Part shown: piece after piece, positions 1 through 8,891 of the stretch
Position numbering within the stretch: position 1 is the stretch's first letter
Layout: the number at the start of each line of letters is the position of its first letter
Assembly: GCA_937867025.1 (NCBI GenBank)
Contig: CALMKH010000048.1
Location: 9,701 to 73,700 of the forward strand
Direction: 5' to 3'
DNA length: 64,000 bases
DNA from: an uncultured Bacteroidota bacterium
GTDB lineage: Bacteria > Bacteroidota > Bacteroidia > NS11-12g > UBA955
The notes under the pieces: generated by a model
Database searches by the model: none
What the model was told of the DNA's origin: nothing
The model's input: only the letters and a program-made list of their open reading frames with translations
Position numbers and translations under genes: made by a program

Positions 1-771
1 GGGTTCCAGCAGGTCGATCTGCAGCATGTTCGCCCCATCGCTCAGGGCTTCTTTTGGTCGCGGGTGGGTTTCAATAAAGAGTCCGTCTGCACCTGTGGCT
101 ATAGCAGCTTTGGCAATGGTTTCTATCATTTCCGGCAAGCCTCCTGTCACTCCACTGCCCTGGTTCGGCTGCTGAAGGCTGTGGGTGATATCCATGATTA
201 CCGGATACCCCATTTGTTTCATCCAGGTGATATTACGGAAGTCAACTATCATATCCCCGTAGCCGAACATGTTGCCCCTGTCTGTGAGCATGATATTCGT
301 ATTGCCGCTATCCACCACTTTCTGTGCGGCATGCTGCATGGCACTCGAAGCAGCGAACTGCCCTTTTTTTATATTTACAGCCTTGCCTGTTTTTGCCGCC
401 GCCACAAGCAGTTCTGTCTGCCGGAATAAAAAGGCAGGTATCTGGAGGACATCCACATATGCGGCAGCCATTTCAGCTTCGCGTGACTCGTGTATATCAG
501 TCACGGTAGGTACCCCAAAATGTTCTCCGACCTTCCTGAGGATAGTCAATGCCTTCTCATCGCCTATCCCGGTGAATGAATCCAGCCGGGAGCGGTTAGC
601 TTTCCGGTATGAGCCTTTGAAAATCCACGGAAGTTGCAGGCGGTCGGATATGCCGTTGATCTTTTCCGCGATTTCAAAAGCGATCTCTTCGCCTTCTATG
701 GCGCATGGTCCGGCCATAATGAAGAAATTATCCGTATGGGTGTATTTGAGGGAAGGTAATTTGGGGAACAT
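1..771 (-). CDS. kdsA: 3-deoxy-8-phosphooctulonate (KDO-8-P) synthase; C-terminus runs off the window
   Basis: Not in the ORF track because there is no stop inside the window. Hand translation from ATG at 771 gives 257 codons in frame to position 1: MFPKLPSLKYTHTDNFFIMAGPCAIEGEE...LPWIFKGSYRKANRSRLDSFTGIG...VTDIHE...LQIPAFLFRQTELL...NIKKGQF...MLTDRGNMFGYGDMIVDFRN...VIMDITHSLQQPNQ...GLFIETHPRP. This is collinear with the KdsA / DAHP-synthase-I family. Confidence 0.88.
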   Translation of the reverse strand, partial: MFPKLPSLKYTHTDNFFIMAGPCAIEGEEIAFEIAEKINGISDRLQLPWIFKGSYRKANRSRLDSFTGIGDEKALTILRKVGEHFGVPTVTDIHESREAEMAAAYVDVLQIPAFLFRQTELLVAAAKTGKAVNIKKGQFAASSAMQHAAQKVVDSGNTNIMLTDRGNMFGYGDMIVDFRNITWMKQMGYPVIMDITHSLQQPNQGSGVTGGLPEMIETIAKAAIATGADGLFIETHPRPKEALSDGANMLQIDLLEP

Positions 772-812
772 GCCGGCAAAATTAATCCTTTTTGGTCAGA
801 ACCGCCTACAGT

Positions 813-2540
813 TCAATAATGAAGATGTATGGTTTTAAGGAAGGATCCGTTTGAAGTTTCTATCGATACAATCAATTCACTTACCTTGTGTTTTCTTTTT
901 TTGCGGCTCTCTTTTTTATAAAGAGACAAGAGCGTGCTGTCATGCAACCATTCTCCCGCCTCCAATACATATGACATCTTTTGGATGCTCTTCAGTCGTT
1001 TTTTCCTCAGCCCTTTTATGGTTATCCTCACTTTCTGACTGGTTTTGCTGCGGAAATGTATCCCCATGTCCTGAAAAAACACTGGTGAAGTCTTGGTATA
1101 CAGGAAATCTCCCGACGTGTCTCTGCCGTCATTAAATTTTCCGAGGATATTCATTGCCAGGTTAAAATCTGCCAAACCATATCCATACGCCGAATCGGGT
1201 TGGGAAAAATGCGTGGCGCTTTGCATCAAGGCGTTCCTGATCTCTTCACGGGTTTTATCCGGAAAAGCGGCCATCAGGCAGGCAACGGCTCCACCGACAA
1301 TCGGTGTCGCATAAGATGTACCATTGCTTTGATAGAACCCTGCCGGAGACGCCACCATGGCTTGTTGGCCAAGTGACAGGAAATCCGGCTTTACACGACC
1401 ATCAGCGCTGGGGCCGTATGAGCTGAAACCTGCATGGAAGCCATTTTTATCGCATGCTCCGATACCAATGACCCCGGGCGCGTCGGAAGGAGTTCCGATG
1501 CGCCGCCACTTACTGCCCCCTTCGTTACCGGCACTTGTTACCAGCATTATGCCTTTTTCATATGCAAAATTGGCTGCGCGGGCAACAATGGAAGTTTTTC
1601 CGTCGAGTTGTGCATGTGTATGACTGAGGGAAGGATCATCAAATGTGTGATAACCCAGTGAGGAAACAATCAGATCCACTCCAAGGCTGTCGGCAAATTC
1701 AGCCCCAAACAGCCAGTTCACCTCCTCGGTGGGATATTCGCTTGTCGGGTTTTCGGTGCGTACGAGGGTGTACCTGGCAAACGGCGCTGAACCGATATAC
1801 CTGCCGGGACTGAAGGTTTTCATAAATCCCAGGACATTGGCTCCATGACGGTCGTCTTCCCAAACGCTGTTATCATAATCGACAAAATCCCTGATAATGA
1901 CATCCGGCATCAGAAGGTCTTCCATGCCAGGCACCTGGTACGCATTGAAGAAGCCCGCATCAAATACGGCAATATGCACACCGTTGCCATAGGTTTGGCC
2001 ATGGAGGCGGTCGATACCAATCAATTCGGATTGTAATGATGACTTTCCATGGTCGGGGATGGCCATGTTGTTTTCTGTCAGATCGTTTTTTATCTTTTGT
2101 AAATTCCTGGCCTTTTCATGATAAGATGGGGCCACCGGTTCAATCGCGGGCTTGTGCCGGTCTTTAATGCGTCCTAAAAATTCAATCCCCGAAACACAGG
2201 ACAAAGCGCGTATGGAATCGATTGCAGAGGATTTCCCTTTGCTGCTGATCTCTATGGCGTTCAGCCATTTTGATTGATGAATGATGCGGACACCCCGGAC
2301 GGCTGATACCTGCCTGATGTAGGCCCCGGAAACGGGCAGGTCGCTGTACTGGATGGAAATATTTTTTTTAATGCGTCTTTGAATGGCTTGTTGGGAAAGG
2401 AACTCACCAGGCCTGCTGATATGGTATTCAGACAATTGTTTATCCTTCAGGTAAATGAGGTAATAAGACGTGGAATCATGCGCACGTGAGGCATAAGAAA
2501 GAAAAAAGACGCAAGCCAGCAGGGAAATTCTAAGAACCAT
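813..2540 (-). CDS. Secreted subtilisin-like serine peptidase (S8 family) with I9-like N-terminal propeptide
   Basis: 575-aa ORF with signal peptide MVLRISLLACVFFLSYASRA. Catalytic triad contexts are HIAVFDAGF (Asp), DRHGANVLG (His) and NGTSYATPIVGG (Ser). The beta-rich C-terminal ~100 aa may be a divergent T9SS sorting domain (uncertain). The start overlaps the upstream gene stop by 11 nt. Confidence 0.85.
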   Translation of the reverse strand: MVLRISLLACVFFLSYASRAHDSTSYYLIYLKDKQLSEYHISRPGEFLSQQAIQRRIKKNISIQYSDLPVSGAYIRQVSAVRGVRIIHQSKWLNAIEISSKGKSSAIDSIRALSCVSGIEFLGRIKDRHKPAIEPVAPSYHEKARNLQKIKNDLTENNMAIPDHGKSSLQSELIGIDRLHGQTYGNGVHIAVFDAGFFNAYQVPGMEDLLMPDVIIRDFVDYDNSVWEDDRHGANVLGFMKTFSPGRYIGSAPFARYTLVRTENPTSEYPTEEVNWLFGAEFADSLGVDLIVSSLGYHTFDDPSLSHTHAQLDGKTSIVARAANFAYEKGIMLVTSAGNEGGSKWRRIGTPSDAPGVIGIGACDKNGFHAGFSSYGPSADGRVKPDFLSLGQQAMVASPAGFYQSNGTSYATPIVGGAVACLMAAFPDKTREEIRNALMQSATHFSQPDSAYGYGLADFNLAMNILGKFNDGRDTSGDFLYTKTSPVFFQDMGIHFRSKTSQKVRITIKGLRKKRLKSIQKMSYVLEAGEWLHDSTLLSLYKKESRKKRKHKVSELIVSIETSNGSFLKTIHLHY

Positions 2541-3219
2541 GTTTGTATAATCGGTATTTTATCTTGAAGCCCCTAAGCACAGGTCCCGGCGATTTATCCA
2601 CGTGGACATGGTTTTTATATACAAGACCGACATGTTTTGCATACACTTCTTCAAAAACACGTTCGGTGGTGCTGTTGATCCTCGGCGTATTTTTTACACT
2701 GACAGCGCTGTCAAAACTAAATGTATTGATCTGGTAACGCTGGTGCATAAGGCCATAGAATACATTATTGGCATTATCAGCATTATAGGCGTTGGCATTC
2801 CAGACGGCTTCGTTGCTTATAGGGAAGGACAATTTTACCAGGCGCTTGTTTTCTTCGACCCGTTCCAGCATGGCCTGGTCAAGCACGGCGTACCATGTAT
2901 TGAGATAGGTCCATGAAGATGTATCGCTTGCCCTTACATGCCTGTCGATACGCACAGCCGGTCTTCCGAGATTATCCTTAAAAACCGATTCATTCAATTC
3001 ACGCAACTGGTAGTTCAATGTGTCTGACGTATTATTAAAATCGTTGAAAATAATCTCATTCACCAGGTATATGGCATAGTGGCCTGTGTTGCCGTTAAAA
3101 TATTCCTTGCCGACGGGTTTGTGGACGGTATCATACTCGTCTTTACGACAGTTTACGAGCACTAGCATGCACAGTATAGAAATTGCTACTCTCAAAATTA
3201 TATTATTCAACTCTGACAA
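2530..3219 (-). CDS. Hypothetical lipoprotein, paralog of the adjacent upstream gene
   Basis: 229-aa ORF with signal plus Cys (ISILCMLVLVNC). Shares collinear blocks with the 3203-3877 product: EYF, YLV, V.RI, L.FPI, WN.N, EEVYAK..GLVYK and G..I..R near the C-terminus. Overlaps both neighbours, giving an operon-like arrangement. Confidence 0.6.
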   Translation of the reverse strand: MSELNNIILRVAISILCMLVLVNCRKDEYDTVHKPVGKEYFNGNTGHYAIYLVNEIIFNDFNNTSDTLNYQLRELNESVFKDNLGRPAVRIDRHVRASDTSSWTYLNTWYAVLDQAMLERVEENKRLVKLSFPISNEAVWNANAYNADNANNVFYGLMHQRYQINTFSFDSAVSVKNTPRINSTTERVFEEVYAKHVGLVYKNHVHVDKSPGPVLRGFKIKYRLYKHGS

Positions 3220-3877
3220 AGATCCTGTAACCGGACAGGTGAGAAGGATTCATGAGATAATCCGTTGAATCTGTAAACTTGTACACCAGTCCCATATTTT
3301 TGGCGTACACTTCTTCCCTTACATTATTTACCAGTCCGGTCTGGGGTTTATTCAGGTGAACGCTGACACAGTCGTTATAGGGATTCCTGCCATTGTGGAA
3401 GGATTTGAAAACGCTGGAATACTTTACCATGGTCGGTTCCTTCGAATTGAACATATTTGTATTCCACGTGTATGACGATCCCTTGGTCTTGTATTCAGCG
3501 ATAGGGAACAGCATTTTGACCTCCTGGATATTGTTCATTTTCTCTAAGGCGTAATTGTCGTAGATCTTTCTTTCGAACGATTTAAAAGGTATCCATTGAA
3601 ACTTTGCATCGTTGTATGTGCTCAGCTCTATACGATAGACGGTGTCACCCGGACCGTGAGCGATCTTTTCAACGACCTCTTCCATAATACGGTTGTGGAT
3701 TGTATCGATGCTTGGCAGGAAGGGATTAAATAAAACAGTGTCGACCAGATAGATTTTTTTGGTACCCGGTATTATCGGGAAATATTCTTCTCCCTTTAAC
3801 ACCCTTTCCTCCTTGTCATTTCTGCAGGCACCCATGAGAACTGCGCAGAAAATAAGGACGGCCTTATACTTCATCAT
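3203..3877 (-). CDS. Hypothetical lipoprotein, paralog of 2530-3219
   Basis: 224-aa ORF with lipoprotein signal MMKYKAVLIFCAVLMGAC. Carries the motif REEVYAKNMGLVYK, matching FEEVYAKHVGLVYK in the neighbour. Confidence 0.6.
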   Translation of the reverse strand: MMKYKAVLIFCAVLMGACRNDKEERVLKGEEYFPIIPGTKKIYLVDTVLFNPFLPSIDTIHNRIMEEVVEKIAHGPGDTVYRIELSTYNDAKFQWIPFKSFERKIYDNYALEKMNNIQEVKMLFPIAEYKTKGSSYTWNTNMFNSKEPTMVKYSSVFKSFHNGRNPYNDCVSVHLNKPQTGLVNNVREEVYAKNMGLVYKFTDSTDYLMNPSHLSGYRIFVRVE

Positions 3878-3942
3878 AATAATTTGTTACAAATTTAAGC
3901 ATAAACGGCGAATTCATCTTAATATTGCAGTATAATTTTACC

Positions 3943-4824
3943 ATGATCTTACTTGACGGGAAAACGACAGCGGAATCTATTAAGGAAAATATAAGAGAAG
4001 AGCTTGATACACACATACATAATGGTTTAAGACGACCTCACTTGGTCGCTATATTGGTTGGAAACGATGGAGCCAGCAAAACCTATGTTGACAGCAAGGA
4101 ACGAAATAGCAGGGCATTAGGGTTCAATTCAACAGTTTTGCGTTTGCCGGAGGACACCACACAGCAATTTCTTATCGACAAGATCAATACATTCAATTCC
4201 GATCCTGAAGTTGACGGAATCCTGGTGCAGTCACCGCTTCCCGGGCATATCGACGAAAGGGTCATTACCCAAACCATTGTTCCGGAAAAAGATGTTGATG
4301 GTTTTCACGATATAAACATGGGTAAACTGGCAAAGGGCGATGAAGGATTTGTTTCAGCCACGCCTTTGGGGGTTGTGATGATGCTGAAAGCTTACCGGAT
4401 ACCTACTTCCGGCAAGCACTGCGTTGTGGTTGGAAGAAGCAATATTGTTGGCCGGCCTATGAGTCTGCTGATGTCGAACAACAGCGAATACGGTAATTGC
4501 ACGGTTACCTTATGCCATAGCAGGACCACTGATCTTGGCCATTTCACCAGGCAGGCGGATATTCTGATTGTTGCGCTGGGCAAGCCCGGCTTTATCACTT
4601 CCGATATGGTAAAACCCGGGGCAACCGTCATTGACGTAGGCATAACAAGGATAGAGGATCCGGGAAGGAAAAGCGGGTATTACCTGAAAGGTGATGTCGA
4701 TTTTAACGGTGTCAAGGAAGTGGCAGGTCACATCACACCGGTTCCGGGCGGGGTGGGCCTAATGACTATTGCGGCGCTGCTTAGCAATACGTTCAGGGCA
4801 TATAAGTTGAATATGGGGTTATGA
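3943..4824 (+). CDS. folD: Bifunctional methylenetetrahydrofolate dehydrogenase / methenyl-THF cyclohydrolase
   Basis: MILLDGKTTAESIK..., ILVGNDGASKTYV, DGILVQSPLP, VVVGRSNIVGRPM, PVPGGVGLMTIA. I prefer the ATG at 3943 over the track's TTG at 3925, because FolD proteins typically start M.xLDGK. Confidence 0.92.
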   Translation: MILLDGKTTAESIKENIREELDTHIHNGLRRPHLVAILVGNDGASKTYVDSKERNSRALGFNSTVLRLPEDTTQQFLIDKINTFNSDPEVDGILVQSPLPGHIDERVITQTIVPEKDVDGFHDINMGKLAKGDEGFVSATPLGVVMMLKAYRIPTSGKHCVVVGRSNIVGRPMSLLMSNNSEYGNCTVTLCHSRTTDLGHFTRQADILIVALGKPGFITSDMVKPGATVIDVGITRIEDPGRKSGYYLKGDVDFNGVKEVAGHITPVPGGVGLMTIAALLSNTFRAYKLNMGL

Positions 4825-5435
4825 CACTTGAACTACAAACAAAGTACCCTGTCATGGAACATTTCTATACCATACAGGGTGAAGGCTATTACAGTGGTAA
4901 AGCCGCATATTTTATAAGGCTTGGGGGATGTGACGTAGGATGCGTCTGGTGTGATGTCAAGGACAGCTGGGATGCTTCTGCACATCCCTTGATGAGCGTG
5001 GAAAAACTGCTCGGTTTTGTCAAAGAAGCAGGCGCTAAATTATGTGTTATTACAGGAGGCGAGCCAGCCATGTATGACCTGGAGCCCCTGATACATGTAC
5101 TAAGGATGAACGGGATTCAGGTTAATATTGAGACCTCCGGGGCTTATCCGGTACAGGGGGAGCCAGATTGGATCTGCCTGTCACCCAAAAAGTTTAAATT
5201 CCCCATAAAAGAATCATTGCATAAAGCCGATGAATTTAAGGCAGTTATTTATCATCCAAGTGATATTAAATGGGCCGAAACCTTTTTAGAGGATCTAAAG
5301 CCGGGGTGCAAACTCTATCTTCAGCCTGAATGGAGTAAATCCGAAACCATGCTTCCCCTTATCATTGATCATGTCAAACGCCATCCCGAATGGCAAATTT
5401 CCCTGCAGACCCACAAGTTCCTGGGGATACCTTAA
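4821..5435 (+). CDS. queE: 7-carboxy-7-deazaguanine synthase (radical SAM, queuosine pathway)
   Basis: FYTIQGEGYYSGKAAYFIRLGGCDVGCVWCD radical-SAM cluster motif and ITGGEP. The ATG overlaps the folD stop (ATGA). Confidence 0.85.
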   Translation: MTLELQTKYPVMEHFYTIQGEGYYSGKAAYFIRLGGCDVGCVWCDVKDSWDASAHPLMSVEKLLGFVKEAGAKLCVITGGEPAMYDLEPLIHVLRMNGIQVNIETSGAYPVQGEPDWICLSPKKFKFPIKESLHKADEFKAVIYHPSDIKWAETFLEDLKPGCKLYLQPEWSKSETMLPLIIDHVKRHPEWQISLQTHKFLGIP

Positions 5436-5477
5436 TGGCATCCGGGGTCGAGGTTAAAAACAGGCCCTAAGCCATGC

Positions 5478-5861
5478 TCAATGTTCATAAAGTTCTATCG
5501 GCAACCCGTCGGGGTCGCTGAGAAAAGCAAAGCGTTTACCTGTTGTTTCATCAAGTTTTATCGTCTCGGTCATCACTCCTCTCTCGCCCAAGGTTATCAC
5601 AGCTTCCTCCAGGTCGTCCACTTCAAAGGCTAGATGCCTCAGGCCTGTAGCTTCGGGCCTGGAAAGCCGTTTTGGCGGAACAGGGAATGAAAACAATTCT
5701 ATTGTATAAACACCGTTCAGGGCCAGGTCCAGTTTGAACGATTTCCGTTCTTCCCTGAAAGTTTCCTTAATAATTTCCAAACCCAGCACATCCGTATAAA
5801 ACCGTTTCGAGCGCTCATAATCCGAACAGATAATGGCTATATGGTGCACATGCTTTAACAT
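5478..5861 (-). CDS. VOC / glyoxalase-bleomycin-resistance family protein
   Basis: 127 aa with HHIAIICSDYERSKRFYTDVLGL and RHLAFEV..DPDGLPIELYE, typical VOC fold repeats. Confidence 0.75.
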   Translation of the reverse strand: MLKHVHHIAIICSDYERSKRFYTDVLGLEIIKETFREERKSFKLDLALNGVYTIELFSFPVPPKRLSRPEATGLRHLAFEVDDLEEAVITLGERGVMTETIKLDETTGKRFAFLSDPDGLPIELYEH

Positions 5862-5978
5862 TAAGATTTACAAACATACACAATAAATATAATAAATTAC
5901 CGTATAGGGAATCAGGGGGAAAGTATTCAGCATGCCATTTTTTTTATACCGATAAATTCAGCATTTTTGTATCTTTAA

Positions 5979-6593
5979 ATGTTTAAGGGAGTCACCACGC
6001 AACAAATCCTGAAGACCTTAGGTCTTGCCATTCTTGCATTTATAGCCTACCTGGTAATAGCCATGCTCTTTACCGGCTGGTATACCCGTCACGGGCAGAG
6101 CATTAAAGTTCCCAAAGTTGAGGGCATGCCTGTTGAAAATGCGTTCACCCTGCTTGACCAGAACGACCTGGAAATGGTGGTGATCGATTCGGTTTACAAA
6201 GAAGATCAGAAACCCATGACCATTGTTGAACAGGATCCTCTTCCGGATATGAATGTAAAGCCCGGCAGGCTGATTTATGTTATTGTGAATACAGGTATAA
6301 AGCCTAAGGTGAGGATGCCGAGACTGACAAATGGCTCGTCAAATCTGGCCATAGTGCTCCTGGAGAATGCAGGTCTGAAACTTGGCCGTATCGATTCGAT
6401 CAAAAGTAAATTCGGATCCGGACTGGTCATCAGGCAAAAATACAAGGACCGCGACATTCCGGTGAATACCCTGCTGGAGAAAGGTTCTGTTATTGATATC
6501 GTGGTGTCCAAGCAGATATCCATGGTAGACAGCAATGCATTAAAATCCATGGAGGATGGTGTGGTACCGGAAACCGCACCTCCAATAGAATAA
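5979..6593 (+). CDS. Membrane-anchored PASTA-domain protein
   Basis: N-terminal TM segment (LGLAILAFIAYLVIAMLF) followed by two PASTA-like units (VPKVEGMPVENAFTLL...; MPRLTNGSSNLAIVLLENAGLKLG...). Confidence 0.7.
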   Translation: MFKGVTTQQILKTLGLAILAFIAYLVIAMLFTGWYTRHGQSIKVPKVEGMPVENAFTLLDQNDLEMVVIDSVYKEDQKPMTIVEQDPLPDMNVKPGRLIYVIVNTGIKPKVRMPRLTNGSSNLAIVLLENAGLKLGRIDSIKSKFGSGLVIRQKYKDRDIPVNTLLEKGSVIDIVVSKQISMVDSNALKSMEDGVVPETAPPIE

Positions 6594-6639
6594 TGACAAA
6601 CGTCTTGAAAATAAGCGGTCTCATACAATAAAAATTTTG

Positions 6640-6647
6640 TAATTTTG
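6640..6647 (+). promoter_or_regulatory. Candidate Bacteroidota -7 promoter box (TAATTTTG)
   Basis: Exact match to TAnnTTTG, 14 nt upstream of the ATG at 6662. Confidence 0.4.
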
Positions 6648-6661
6648 TTCTTTTCTTATAT

Positions 6662-8578
6662 ATGAAAATCTTTGGCACTCTCTTGTTTTTACTTTTTACA
6701 GCTTCTTTGTATGCGCAAGGCCCGGTTATTACACCTTTGAAAAGCAACAGCCAGCTGAGGCATGCACATGTCAAGGTGTCCGCCAAACGCGCATTGAATG
6801 ACACTCTGAAACTGCCATTCTTTGATGATTTTACAACCACTGTTGTCTATCCCGACATGCGGATATGGACTGACAGCCATGTATATGTAAACAGCCATTT
6901 TCCGATATCACCTCCCAGCTATGGGGTTGCCACTTTTGATAACCTGAATAAAAAAGGAGCTCCCTACAGGCCTTTAAGCGGCGCCAATGGTGGCGCTTCA
7001 GACAGTCTGACCAGCCGTTTGATTAACCTTGAAACATATACCAGTGGCGTGAACACGCTTAAATACACCATCGCTGATTCTATTTATCTCAGCTTTTTTT
7101 ATCAGACCCAGGGACTGGGTGATCCACTGGACGTTACTGATTCACTGGTATTAAAGTTTAAGGATACAGGCGGTGACTGGAGAACCGTATGGAAAGGCCG
7201 GGGAACCTCCGTGAAGCCTTTTCAGCAGGTGATGGTGGCAGTGAAGGACGCCCGTTATCTGTGTTCAGATTTCCAGTTCAGGTTTATCAACTTCGGCAGG
7301 AATACCGGGAATATGAACCAATGGCATGTAGACTACATCAGGATGAAAAGCGGAAGGAATATATCCGATACTGCCATCAATGATGTTGCCATCAATACCG
7401 TTCCGATCGGTCCGTTGAGCGTATACGAAAGTATGCCGTACAGTCACTTTAAGGCCAACCCTGGATTCAATACGCTGGATTCGCATTACCTGATCTTCAG
7501 AAATAACAACACTGTTGATGTCAACGTATTCTATGGAGGAGAGGTGAGAAATACATATAATAAAGTCATCAGGAGTTATCCCCTCAGCCTCGGAATCAAT
7601 TCAAAAGCCTTTTCCGATAATACGATAGCCTATGAACAATTCAGGCTGGATACATTTGCCGCTAAAGAACCTGTTGTAAGGATCAAATACAGGATAAATG
7701 CCGGAGCCAATGATTTCACCCCGACAAACTACAACGCCCTGGGGAATAACAACGAATATGTAAAAACAGTTTACTTCAGGAATTATCTGGCGTATGACGA
7801 CGGCTCTGCAGAAGGGGGATATGGTCTCGACTATGGTTCGCTTCCTTCCGGACCGGGATATGCAGCAATTAAATTCCAGCTTTTCAAGCCGGATACATTG
7901 AGGGGACTATCGGTCTTTTTCAACCGTGCTGTGGCCGATGTCAGCTTTAAACCGTTCACAATGATGGTATGGCAATCCATTACTGAGCCACCTGCCAACA
8001 ATACGGCGAATGATGTCATTCTGAAAAGGGTGAATATGGTCACTACCCGTTATGCGGACTCAATCAATGGTTTTATCAACGTCATTTTTGATACGGCCGT
8101 TATCATGCCCGCCGGTTTTTTCTATGTTGGGTGGCAGCAAACAAGCAATTATATCCTTAACGTCGGTTATGATAATAATTATAAATATGCACATTCAGGC
8201 GGAAGGAATCCCAACCTGTTTTTCAATCTGAACGGATACTGGGAGAAAGTTAGCAGCCAAATAACCGGGGTGCCGATGATAAGACCCCTGGTGGGCGGCA
8301 AGATAAGCAATCCGGCCAGCATCGTCCGGACTGCCGCGGGAACAGCGAAAGTCTTCATTTATCCCAATCCTTCAGGCAACAGCAATACCCTGATGCTGGA
8401 CAGCGACAGGGAACTTACATCCGTAAGAATATTTGATGTGTCAGGCAAGGTTTGCCTGGATATTCATGAAACGGGTATAAGGGAACTTGACATATCCATG
8501 CTGCCTGCAGGTTTTTACCAGGTGCTGGTCACCAATTCGGACAGGCAGGTAGCCATTCAAAAATACATTAAAAATTAA
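6662..8578 (+). CDS. T9SS-secreted protein (type-A C-terminal sorting domain), function unknown
   Basis: Signal peptide MKIFGTLLFLLFTASLYAQ. The C-terminus VFIYPNPSGNSNTLMLD...VRIFDVSGKV...LPAGFYQVLV is a classic Por/T9SS type-A CTD. The N-terminal LPFFDDF... region resembles choice-of-anchor-J / MAM-like modules (weak). Confidence 0.8.
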   Translation: MKIFGTLLFLLFTASLYAQGPVITPLKSNSQLRHAHVKVSAKRALNDTLKLPFFDDFTTTVVYPDMRIWTDSHVYVNSHFPISPPSYGVATFDNLNKKGAPYRPLSGANGGASDSLTSRLINLETYTSGVNTLKYTIADSIYLSFFYQTQGLGDPLDVTDSLVLKFKDTGGDWRTVWKGRGTSVKPFQQVMVAVKDARYLCSDFQFRFINFGRNTGNMNQWHVDYIRMKSGRNISDTAINDVAINTVPIGPLSVYESMPYSHFKANPGFNTLDSHYLIFRNNNTVDVNVFYGGEVRNTYNKVIRSYPLSLGINSKAFSDNTIAYEQFRLDTFAAKEPVVRIKYRINAGANDFTPTNYNALGNNNEYVKTVYFRNYLAYDDGSAEGGYGLDYGSLPSGPGYAAIKFQLFKPDTLRGLSVFFNRAVADVSFKPFTMMVWQSITEPPANNTANDVILKRVNMVTTRYADSINGFINVIFDTAVIMPAGFFYVGWQQTSNYILNVGYDNNYKYAHSGGRNPNLFFNLNGYWEKVSSQITGVPMIRPLVGGKISNPASIVRTAAGTAKVFIYPNPSGNSNTLMLDSDRELTSVRIFDVSGKVCLDIHETGIRELDISMLPAGFYQVLVTNSDRQVAIQKYIKN

Positions 8579-8579
8579 C

Positions 8580-8879
8580 ATGACAGATATTACAGCTACA
8601 GAATTAAAAGAAAGGATGGACAGGGGGGAGCGCCTTCACATCATAGATGTCAGGGAGCCATGGGAATATGAAGAATACAATATAGGAGGAAAGCTGATCC
8701 CCCTGGGCGATCTGCAGGGCAAAATCGATGAGCTTGACGACCTGCACGATGCGGAAGTGATTGTTCACTGCAAGTCAGGAGCGCGCAGTGCAGCGGCAAA
8801 AGCCTTTATGGAGCAGAACGGTTTTAAGAACGTCAGGAATCTGGTAGGAGGCATTCTTGCCATGCAGGCCCTGAATTAA
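8580..8879 (+). CDS. Single-domain rhodanese-like sulfurtransferase
   Basis: 99 aa with LHIIDVREPWEY and active-site loop HCKSGARSAAA. Starts 1 nt after the upstream stop. Confidence 0.85.
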   Translation: MTDITATELKERMDRGERLHIIDVREPWEYEEYNIGGKLIPLGDLQGKIDELDDLHDAEVIVHCKSGARSAAAKAFMEQNGFKNVRNLVGGILAMQALN

Positions 8880-8891
8880 AGGACGGAAGCT

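Noticed and set aside
64-838. Plus-strand track ORFs 64-429, 269-838 and 324-509 at the left edge
   Set aside because: They are antisense to an unmistakable kdsA reading frame, which the track misses only because it runs off the window.
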